This document shows, piece after piece, positions 57,239 through 64,000 of a DNA stretch of 64,000 nucleotides (positions are counted from its first letter, which is position 1; each line of letters starts with the position of its first letter). A model generated the notes under the pieces. It was given only the letters and a program-made list of their open reading frames with translations. It ran no database searches and had not been told where the DNA came from. The stretch covers positions 19,759 through 83,758 of the forward strand of contig UQLQ01000001.1 in NCBI GenBank assembly GCA_900541905.1. Reading direction: 5' to 3'. A program made the position numbers and the translations under genes. The DNA comes from an uncultured Oscillospiraceae bacterium. Its GTDB lineage: Bacteria > Bacillota > Clostridia > Oscillospirales > Acutalibacteraceae.

Positions 57239-57321
57239 AAATGTTGAGTGATGAAACACCCGGCACAGTGTTAGAAAAACAAACAGCGCCGCCCGCCAAC
57301 TACAATAAGGAGGCGATGACA

Positions 57322-57633
57322 ATGGCAGTCAAAGAAAAAATCAGGATAAGAATTAAGGGTTACGATCATCAATTGGTTGATCAATCAGCTGAGAAGATTG
57401 TACAAACTGCAAAGCGTACAGGTGCCAGAGTATCCGGCCCTGTTCCGCTACCAACAGAAAAGCAAGTTATCACTATCTTGCGTGCTGTGCATAAGTACAA
57501 AGACAGCCGTGAGCAATTCGAGATGAGAACTCACAAAAGACTTATCGACATTCTAAAACCATCTAACAAAACCGTTGAGGCTTTGATGGGATTAGAACTC
57601 CCTGCTGGTGTTGATATCGAGATTAAACTTTAA
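57322..57633 (+). CDS. rpsJ: 30S ribosomal protein S10
   Basis: [16 protein letters not shown]... The start was set at the RBS-backed ATG (AAGGAGG). The ORF-track entry is N-extended. Confidence 0.95.
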   Translation: MAVKEKIRIRIKGYDHQLVDQSAEKIVQTAKRTGARVSGPVPLPTEKQVITILRAVHKYKDSREQFEMRTHKRLIDILKPSNKTVEALMGLELPAGVDIEIKL

Positions 57634-57711
57634 TCTTTGGTATTAACCAACAAGCAGCCGGGGTCATGTTGGCCTAGAGTCAACCAATAACCTGCATAGG
57701 AGGAAACAAAC

Positions 57712-58344
57712 ATGCAAAAATGTATTATCGGCAAGAAGATTGGTATGACACAAATCTTCGACGAAACAGGAAAAGTAATTCCTGTAACAGTTGTTGAAGC
57801 TGGTCCTTGCGTGGTATCACAAAAGAAAACAGTGGAAAACGACGGTTATGCTTCCATTCAAATCGGCTTTGGTGATTTGAAAGCACACAAAGTAAATAAA
57901 CCAATGAAAGGTCACTTTGCAAAAGCAGATGTTGCTCCAAAGAGATACTTAAGAGAGTTTAGAGTGGAAGATACTGATGCTTATAACGTTGGCGATTTAA
58001 TCAAAGCAGACGTATTTGCTGCCGGCGATAAAATCGACGTTACAGGCACAAGTAAAGGTAAAGGTTGGGCCGGCGTTATCAAACGTTGGAACTTCGGCAG
58101 ATTAAAAGAAACACACGGCAGCGGTCCAGTTGCTCGTAAAGGTGGTTCTATCGGTGCTTGCTCTGACCCTTCAAGAGTATTTAAGGGCAAAAAAATGGCA
58201 GGTCACCTGGGTGCTGAAAAAGTAACCGTACAAAATTTAGCAGTTGTCAAGGTAGATGCAGAGAACAATCTCATCGCTGTGAAGGGCGCTATTCCAGGTC
58301 CAAACGGCGGCGTTGTTATCATCCGTGACAGCGTTAAGGCGTAA
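57712..58344 (+). CDS. rplC: 50S ribosomal protein L3
   Basis: 210 aa, collinear with uL3. Confidence 0.96.
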   Translation: MQKCIIGKKIGMTQIFDETGKVIPVTVVEAGPCVVSQKKTVENDGYASIQIGFGDLKAHKVNKPMKGHFAKADVAPKRYLREFRVEDTDAYNVGDLIKADVFAAGDKIDVTGTSKGKGWAGVIKRWNFGRLKETHGSGPVARKGGSIGACSDPSRVFKGKKMAGHLGAEKVTVQNLAVVKVDAENNLIAVKGAIPGPNGGVVIIRDSVKA

Positions 58345-58361
58345 GGGAAGGAGGATTTGAC

Positions 58362-58985
58362 ATGCCTAAAGTAACAGTACTTGATATGGCCGGTAAAGAG
58401 GTTTCTAAAATCGATTTATCCGATGCTGTATTTGGAATTGAGCCAAACAAAGCTGTTATGCACGATATGGTGAAAAACTATCTTGCAAATCAGCGTCAAG
58501 GCACACAATCGGCCCTAACCCGCGCCGAGGTTTCCGGTGGTGGTAAAAAACCATGGAGACAAAAAGGTACAGGTCATGCTAGACAAGGTTCTACAAGAGC
58601 TCCTCAATGGACACATGGCGGTATTGTATTTGCTCCAAAGCCACGCAGCTACAGATATACTTTAAATAAAAAAGTAAGACGTCTTGCAATGAAATCCGCA
58701 CTTTCCAGCAAAGTGTTAGACAACGAATTGGTTGTACTTGATAAAATTGCAATGGATGAATACAAAACAAAAACAATTGCAGCTATGTTAAAGGCAGTTG
58801 GCTCTGAGAAAAAGGCACTTATCGTTCTTCCAGAGAAGAATGAAAAAGTGATTGCTTCCGCAGCTAACATTCCTGGCGTTAAAACTGCATTGGTTAACAC
58901 CTTAAACGTATACGACATTTTGAATGCAGACAAATTTATCGTGCTTCAAGATGCAATTGCACAAATTGAGGAGGTGTATGCATAA
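58362..58985 (+). CDS. rplD: 50S ribosomal protein L4
   Basis: 207 aa, uL4. Confidence 0.96.
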   Translation: MPKVTVLDMAGKEVSKIDLSDAVFGIEPNKAVMHDMVKNYLANQRQGTQSALTRAEVSGGGKKPWRQKGTGHARQGSTRAPQWTHGGIVFAPKPRSYRYTLNKKVRRLAMKSALSSKVLDNELVVLDKIAMDEYKTKTIAAMLKAVGSEKKALIVLPEKNEKVIASAANIPGVKTALVNTLNVYDILNADKFIVLQDAIAQIEEVYA

Positions 58986-59275
58986 TGGCAGCACAAGACA
59001 TCATCATTCGTCCAGTTATTACTGAGAGAAGTATGGCTGGCATTGGCATGAAGAAGTACACCTTCGAAGTAGCCAAAGATGCAAACAAAATTGAGATTGC
59101 TAAAGCAGTTGAAGAACTTTTTGACGTTAAGGTTTCCAAAGTGAACACCATGCACGTTAGAGGTCATTTACGCCGTCAAGGTAGAAGCGAAGGCTATACT
59201 CCAGCGTGGAAAAAAGCAATCGTTTCTTTAACAGAAGACAGCAAGACAATTGAATTCTTTGACAGTATGATGTAA
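58985..59275 (+). CDS. rplW: 50S ribosomal protein L23
   Basis: 96 aa, uL23. TAATG overlap with rplD. Confidence 0.95.
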   Translation: MAAQDIIIRPVITERSMAGIGMKKYTFEVAKDANKIEIAKAVEELFDVKVSKVNTMHVRGHLRRQGRSEGYTPAWKKAIVSLTEDSKTIEFFDSMM

Positions 59276-59348
59276 TCCGCTTCTTTATTATAGAGGCAAA
59301 GTATGGGGAGAAACCCCGCAAAGCCATCATGAAGGAGAGTGAAACCGA

Positions 59349-60182
59349 ATGGCAATTATTAACTATAAACCGACCACTCCATCAAGACGTAACATGTCTT
59401 GCACGGATTATTCTGGTCTTTCAAAAGTTGCACCGGAAAAGAGCCTTCTGGCTCCTTTGAATAAAAAATCCGGTCGTAATAGCTACGGTAGAATCACAGT
59501 ACGTCACAGAGGCGGCGGAAACAGAAGAAAATACCGTATCATCGATTTTAAACGTACAAAACACGGCATTCCAGCTACTGTACAAACATTAGAGTACGAT
59601 CCAAACCGTTCTGCTTTCATTGCACTTGTGCAATACGAAGACGGCGAGAAAAGATATATCTTGGCTCCAAACGGTTTGAAAGTTGGAGATATTGTTGTAT
59701 CCGGTCCTGATGCAGATATTAAACCTGGTAATGCTTTACCACTAACCAATATCCCAACCGGTACATTTATTCATAACGTTGAGCTATATCCTGGTAAAGG
59801 CGGCCAATTGGCACGTTCTGCCGGTAACATGGCTCAATTAATGGCAAAAGAAAACGGCATGGCTCTGTTGAGACTACCTTCCGGCGAACTTAGAAATGTA
59901 TCTGCATTGTGCATGGCTACTGTTGGTCAGGTAAGTAATACAGACCATGAGAACGTAAAAATTGGTAAGGCTGGCCGTAAACGTCACCTTGGCTTTAGAC
60001 CAACCGTTCGTGGTTCCGTTATGAACCCATGCGATCACCCACACGGTGGTGGTGAAGGTAAATCTCCAGTTGGTCGTCCAGGTCCTGTTACACCATGGGG
60101 CAAACCTGCTCTTGGTTACAAGACACGTTCTAAGAAACACCGTTCCGATAAATTTATCGTGAAACGCAGAAACGGCAAATAA
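59349..60182 (+). CDS. rplB: 50S ribosomal protein L2
   Basis: 277 aa, uL2. Confidence 0.97.
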   Translation: MAIINYKPTTPSRRNMSCTDYSGLSKVAPEKSLLAPLNKKSGRNSYGRITVRHRGGGNRRKYRIIDFKRTKHGIPATVQTLEYDPNRSAFIALVQYEDGEKRYILAPNGLKVGDIVVSGPDADIKPGNALPLTNIPTGTFIHNVELYPGKGGQLARSAGNMAQLMAKENGMALLRLPSGELRNVSALCMATVGQVSNTDHENVKIGKAGRKRHLGFRPTVRGSVMNPCDHPHGGGEGKSPVGRPGPVTPWGKPALGYKTRSKKHRSDKFIVKRRNGK

Positions 60183-60209
60183 GGCATACAGAAAGGAGCT
60201 TATTGAACA

Positions 60210-60485
60210 ATGGGCAGAAGCGTAAAAAAAGGTCCTTACGTACAGCCTGTGCTGTTGAAAAGGATTCAACAAATGAATGAAGCCGGCGAAAAGAACATTG
60301 TGAAAACATGGAGCAGAGCATCCATTATTTTCCCAGATTTCGTTGGTCATACAATTGCAGTACACGATGGCCGTAAACATGTTCCAGTGTATGTAACCGA
60401 AGATATGGTAGGTCACAAACTAGGTGAGTTTGCACCAACCAGAACTTACAAAGGTCATGCTGGTTCTAAAACAGGCGGTAAATAA
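60210..60485 (+). CDS. rpsS: 30S ribosomal protein S19
   Basis: 91 aa, uS19. Confidence 0.96.
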   Translation: MGRSVKKGPYVQPVLLKRIQQMNEAGEKNIVKTWSRASIIFPDFVGHTIAVHDGRKHVPVYVTEDMVGHKLGEFAPTRTYKGHAGSKTGGK

Positions 60486-60509
60486 TTTAGGCCGAAAGGA
60501 GTGTTTTAA

Positions 60510-60845
60510 ATGGAAGCAAGGGCTTATCTGAAATATGCCCGCATTTCACCACGTAAAGTACAAATCGTGCTTGACTTAATCAGAAACAAGCCGGTTGATA
60601 TGGCTATGGCTATCCTTAAGCATACACCTAAGGCCGCATGCGAAGACTTGCAAAAATTATTGAAGTCTGCAATGGCTAATGCTGAGAATAACCATGACAT
60701 GGACGTATCCAGACTTTACGTAGCGGAATGCTTCGTATGTCCGGGCCCGATCCTCAAGCGTATTCGTCCAAGAGCTCAGGGTCGCGCATATAGAGTATTA
60801 AAAAGAACTTCGCACGTAACCCTCGTGCTAAAAGAAAAAGAATAA
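60510..60845 (+). CDS. rplV: 50S ribosomal protein L22
   Basis: 111 aa, uL22. Confidence 0.96.
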   Translation: MEARAYLKYARISPRKVQIVLDLIRNKPVDMAMAILKHTPKAACEDLQKLLKSAMANAENNHDMDVSRLYVAECFVCPGPILKRIRPRAQGRAYRVLKRTSHVTLVLKEKE

Positions 60846-60864
60846 GCAATAGAGGAGGTAAACT

Positions 60865-61527
60865 ATGGGCCAGAAAGTTAACCCACATGGCATTCGTGTG
60901 GGCGTTATCAAAGATTGGGATTCCCGCTGGTTCGCGAAGGACAACGTTTTTGGCGATACATTGGTAGAAGATTATAACCTACGTAAAGTATTGAAAAAAC
61001 AACTTGCAGCAGCTGGTGTTCCTAAAATTGAAATTGAGCGCGATGCTTCTAAGGTTCGTGTTCACATTCACTGCGCAAAGCCTGGTATGGTAATCGGTAA
61101 AGGCGGCGCAGAAATCGAAAAATTGCGTTTGCAATGCGAAAAAATGTTGAAAAAACCTGTTGTGATTAATATCGTTGAAGTGAAAACTCCTGATACAAAT
61201 GCACAATTGGTTGCTGAAAATATTGCACAACAACTAGAGAAAAGAATTTCATTCCGCCGTGCTATGAAACAATGCATCGGTCGTGCAATGAAAATGGGTG
61301 TAAAAGGTATCAAAACTCAAGTTTCCGGTCGTTTAGGCGGCGCTGAAATTGCTAGAGCAGAACGTTACCATGATGGCACCATTCCGCTACAGACATTAAG
61401 AGCTGACATTGACTATGGTTTTGCAGAGGCTATGACCACATACGGTCTAATCGGCGTTAAAGTCTGGATTTACAGAGGCGAGGTACTACAAGATACTAAG
61501 GCTCGTAAGGAAGGAGGCAGTAAATAA
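60865..61527 (+). CDS. rpsC: 30S ribosomal protein S3
   Basis: 220 aa, uS3 with a KH domain. Confidence 0.97.
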   Translation: MGQKVNPHGIRVGVIKDWDSRWFAKDNVFGDTLVEDYNLRKVLKKQLAAAGVPKIEIERDASKVRVHIHCAKPGMVIGKGGAEIEKLRLQCEKMLKKPVVINIVEVKTPDTNAQLVAENIAQQLEKRISFRRAMKQCIGRAMKMGVKGIKTQVSGRLGGAEIARAERYHDGTIPLQTLRADIDYGFAEAMTTYGLIGVKVWIYRGEVLQDTKARKEGGSK

Positions 61528-61952
61528 TGCTGTTGCCTAAACGCGTTAAATATCGTAGAGTTCACCGTGGCCGTTTGACAGGTAAAGCTTACCGCGGAAA
61601 CAAAGTAACCAACGGTGATTTTGGTATTCAAGCGACTGAACCGGCTTGGATTACTTCCAACCAAATCGAGGCAGCCCGTATCGCTATGACACGTTACTGC
61701 AAAAGATTCGGTAAAGTTTGGATTAAAATTTTCCCAGATAAACCAATTACAGAGAAACCTGCTGAAACTCGAATGGGTTCCGGTAAAGGTTCTCCGGAGT
61801 ACTGGGTTGCAGTGGTAAAACCAGGCAGAGTTATGTTTGAAATTGCTGGTGTTCCTGAAGAAACAGCAAGAGAAGCATTGCGTTTGGCTGCCAACAAATT
61901 ACCAATCAAGTGTAAATTTGTAAAAAGGGAAGAAACGGGGGGTGAGCAGTAA
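61527..61952 (+). CDS. rplP: 50S ribosomal protein L16
   Basis: 141 aa, uL16. Confidence 0.97.
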   Translation: MLLPKRVKYRRVHRGRLTGKAYRGNKVTNGDFGIQATEPAWITSNQIEAARIAMTRYCKRFGKVWIKIFPDKPITEKPAETRMGSGKGSPEYWVAVVKPGRVMFEIAGVPEETAREALRLAANKLPIKCKFVKREETGGEQ

Positions 61953-62158
61953 TGAAGGCCTCAGAGATGAAAAAATTATCTACAGCAGAGTTAGAAACTA
62001 AGCTTAAAGACCTTAAGGCCGAACTTTTCAACCTGCGTTTCCAGCTTGCCATTAACCAGCTCGATAACCCGATGCGTGTTTCCGCTGTGAAGAAAGATAT
62101 TGCTCGTGTAAAAACTGTTTTACGTGAGAATGAAATCAATAACAGCAAGAATGCGTAA
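61952..62158 (+). CDS. rpmC: 50S ribosomal protein L29
   Basis: 68 aa, uL29. Confidence 0.95.
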   Translation: MKASEMKKLSTAELETKLKDLKAELFNLRFQLAINQLDNPMRVSAVKKDIARVKTVLRENEINNSKNA

Positions 62159-62175
62159 CGGAAGGAGGTTTAGCT

Positions 62176-62433
62176 GTGAGCGATAGAAACATGAGAAAAA
62201 CCTTGGTTGGCAAGGTGAAAAGCAACAAAATGGAAAAAACCATTGTTGTAGCAATCGAAGACAGCGTAAAGCATCCGCTTTACAATAAAATTATTAAACG
62301 TACCATCAACGTAAAAGCACACGATGAGAAAAATGAGTGCAACATTGGTGACGTAGTACGTGTTATGGAGACTCGTCCTCTTTCTAAAGATAAGAGATGG
62401 AGACTCGTTGAGATTATTGAGAAAGCTAAATAA
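62176..62433 (+). CDS. rpsQ: 30S ribosomal protein S17
   Basis: 85 aa. GTG start with a GGAGG RBS. Confidence 0.95.
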   Translation: MSDRNMRKTLVGKVKSNKMEKTIVVAIEDSVKHPLYNKIIKRTINVKAHDEKNECNIGDVVRVMETRPLSKDKRWRLVEIIEKAK

Positions 62434-62463
62434 TTTTAGCTTGTAAAGAAGGAGGAACGCACT

Positions 62464-62832
62464 GTGATACAACAGCAAAGTTACCTTAAAGTTGCCGACA
62501 ACACCGGCGCGAAAGAGATTATGTGCATCCGCGTTCTAGGTGGTACCGGCAGAAGGTATGCCAATATTGGCGACGTTGTGGTTGCTTCCGTTAAAAAAGC
62601 AGCACCCGGCGGCGTTGTTAAAAAAGGCGACGTTGTAAAAGCAGTTATTGTAAGAACTGCTTTTGGTGTTCGCCGTGAGGACGGCACATACATTCGTTTT
62701 GACGAAAATGCAGCCGTTATCATCAGAGACGATAAAAATCCAAGGGGAACACGTATCTTTGGCCCAGTAGCCAGAGAATTGCGTGACAAAGACTATTTGA
62801 AAATTCTAAGTCTTGCCCCTGAAGTACTATAA
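62464..62832 (+). CDS. rplN: 50S ribosomal protein L14
   Basis: 122 aa. GTG start with an AAGGAGGA RBS. Confidence 0.96.
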   Translation: MIQQQSYLKVADNTGAKEIMCIRVLGGTGRRYANIGDVVVASVKKAAPGGVVKKGDVVKAVIVRTAFGVRREDGTYIRFDENAAVIIRDDKNPRGTRIFGPVARELRDKDYLKILSLAPEVL

Positions 62833-62848
62833 TGGGAGGTGCTCACTA

Positions 62849-63166
62849 ATGAACAAAATTCATGTTAAAACTGGTGACACCGTCATCATTTTAAGCGGCA
62901 AGGACCGCGGCAAAGAAGGCAAAGTCTTAGCAGTTAGCCCAAAAGAGGGTAAAGTGATTGTAGAAGGCCGTAACATGGTTACAAAACATGTGAAACCTCG
63001 CAAAATGGGTGAGCAAGGCGGTATTGCAAAAGCAGAAGGTGCTATGTATGCATGTAAAGTTCAGCTAGTTTGCTCTGCTTGCGGTAAACCTACACGTGTT
63101 GCACATAAAATTTCTGAAGACGGTAAAAAAGCACGCATTTGCAAAAAATGCGGTGCAACGCTGTAA
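62849..63166 (+). CDS. rplX: 50S ribosomal protein L24, a Cys4-containing variant
   Basis: About 105 aa, collinear with uL24 (KOW domain), but the C-terminal half carries C-x6-C-x2-C ... C-x2-C. The start was set at MNKIHVKTGD (GGGAGG RBS). Confidence 0.93.
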   Translation: MNKIHVKTGDTVIILSGKDRGKEGKVLAVSPKEGKVIVEGRNMVTKHVKPRKMGEQGGIAKAEGAMYACKVQLVCSACGKPTRVAHKISEDGKKARICKKCGATL

Positions 63167-63178
63167 GGAGGATAAAAC

Positions 63179-63718
63179 ATGGCTAGACTTAAGGATTACT
63201 ACAAGCAAGACATTGCTCCTGCATTGATGAAAAAATTCTCTTACAAAAGCGTAATGCAAATTCCTAAGCTAGAGAAAGTAGTTATCAATGTTGGCGCAGG
63301 CGAAGCAAAAGATAACGCAAAAGCAATTGAAGCTATCATGACAGATATTGCTGCAATTACAGGTCAGAAACCAATGACATGTAAAGCAAAAAAATCAGTT
63401 GCTAACTTTAAATTGCGCGAAGGCATGAATATCGGCGTTAAAGTTACACTAAGAGGCGAGAACATGTATGAGTTTGTTGACAAACTATTCAATGTTGCTC
63501 TACCTCGCGTAAGAGACTTCAGAGGAATTAATCCAAACTCTTTTGACGGCCGTGGCAACTACAACATGGGTCTAAAAGAACAATTGATTTTCCCAGAAAT
63601 CGATTACGATAAAATTGATAAGGTTCGCGGAATGGACATCTGTTTCGTAACAACTGCAAACACCGACGAAGAGTCTAAAGAGTTGCTAACTCTAATGGGC
63701 GCTCCGTTTGCGAAATAA
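63179..63718 (+). CDS. rplE: 50S ribosomal protein L5
   Basis: 179 aa, uL5. Confidence 0.97.
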   Translation: MARLKDYYKQDIAPALMKKFSYKSVMQIPKLEKVVINVGAGEAKDNAKAIEAIMTDIAAITGQKPMTCKAKKSVANFKLREGMNIGVKVTLRGENMYEFVDKLFNVALPRVRDFRGINPNSFDGRGNYNMGLKEQLIFPEIDYDKIDKVRGMDICFVTTANTDEESKELLTLMGAPFAK

Positions 63719-63730
63719 GGAGGGAATATT

Positions 63731-63916
63731 GTGGCCAAAACTTCTATGAAAGTAAAACAACAAAGAGGTTCCAAATACTCTACTCGCGAATACAACAGAT
63801 GCAAAATCTGTGGCAGGCCGCACGCCTATCTTCGTAAGTTCGGTATTTGCCGTATATGCTTTAGAGAATTAGCCCACAAAGGTCAAATTCCAGGCGTTAA
63901 AAAGGCAAGCTGGTAA
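63731..63916 (+). CDS. rpsN: 30S ribosomal protein S14 type Z (zinc-binding C+ form)
   Basis: 61 aa with [26 protein letters not shown] start. Confidence 0.95.
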   Translation: MAKTSMKVKQQRGSKYSTREYNRCKICGRPHAYLRKFGICRICFRELAHKGQIPGVKKASW

Positions 63917-63939
63917 GCTTAGCAAAGGAGGTAAACGGT

Positions 63940-64000
63940 ATGCAAATTACAGATCCAATTGCAGATTTGCTTACACGTATCCGCAACGCGAGTGCTGCGA
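63940..64000 (+). CDS. rpsH: 30S ribosomal protein S8 (5' partial, continues beyond the window)
   Basis: MQITDPIADLLTRIRNASAA... matches the uS8 N-terminus. Confidence 0.9.
   Translation, partial: MQITDPIADLLTRIRNASAA

Noticed and set aside
57241-57321. N-terminal 27 aa extension of rpsJ in the ORF track ([27 protein letters not shown])
   Set aside because: S10 universally starts near MAKQKIRI. The AAGGAGG RBS is positioned for the internal ATG at 57322.

Overview
This 64 kb window is a chromosomal segment from a low-GC Gram-positive anaerobe, probably Clostridia-like, judged from AGGAGG ribosome-binding sites, gene content and operon style. No rRNA, tRNA or CRISPR array was seen. From the 5' end the contents are, in order. 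(1) A copper-efflux pair: a P1B-ATPase CopA with a CsoR-family repressor encoded downstream, and a GC-rich palindrome over the promoter. (2) Two overlapping, unannotated small hydrophobic peptide genes on the minus strand, next to a nested inverted repeat. (3) A pyridoxal-kinase-family gene, a zinc-ribbon membrane protein with an HD phosphohydrolase, and an orphan PseB/CapD-like sugar dehydratase. (4) A MerR (TipAS-like) regulator with an ABC-2 exporter. (5) A ~23 kb, 23-gene minus-strand anaerobic cobalamin cluster with tetrapyrrole genes interleaved, running cbiK, a B12 riboswitch, then cbiD through cbiC. It carries a cobalamin riboswitch in an unusual internal position, a frameshifted hemC, a CbiJ-SirC fusion, a truncated CobU paralog, and a 2-copy hairpin-containing tandem repeat inside the operon. 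(6) A plus-strand shikimate/aromatic operon: aroB, aroC, an aroE-aroK fusion, aroQ, a DAHP synthase with an N-terminal regulatory domain, aroA and tyrA. (7) pepF, an SpoVB-like flippase and an Rrf2 regulator. (8) An orphan Ni-CODH catalytic subunit CooS with a poly-His N-terminal tail, transcriptionally fused to a NitT/TauT-family ABC transporter and followed by a LysR regulator. (9) prmA, dcd, a small divergent XRE plus unknown pair, bifunctional pheA, acpP, an archaeal-type proS, and an NhaP-type K+/H+ antiporter. (10) The start of the S10 ribosomal protein operon (rpsJ to rpsH) with a long structured leader, a Cys4-containing uL24 and a zinc-type S14. Many ORF-track entries are antisense shadow ORFs and were discarded. 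The ORF track uses TTG and GTG as well as ATG as the first codon, so several N-termini were re-set from the position of the ribosome-binding site and from homology.
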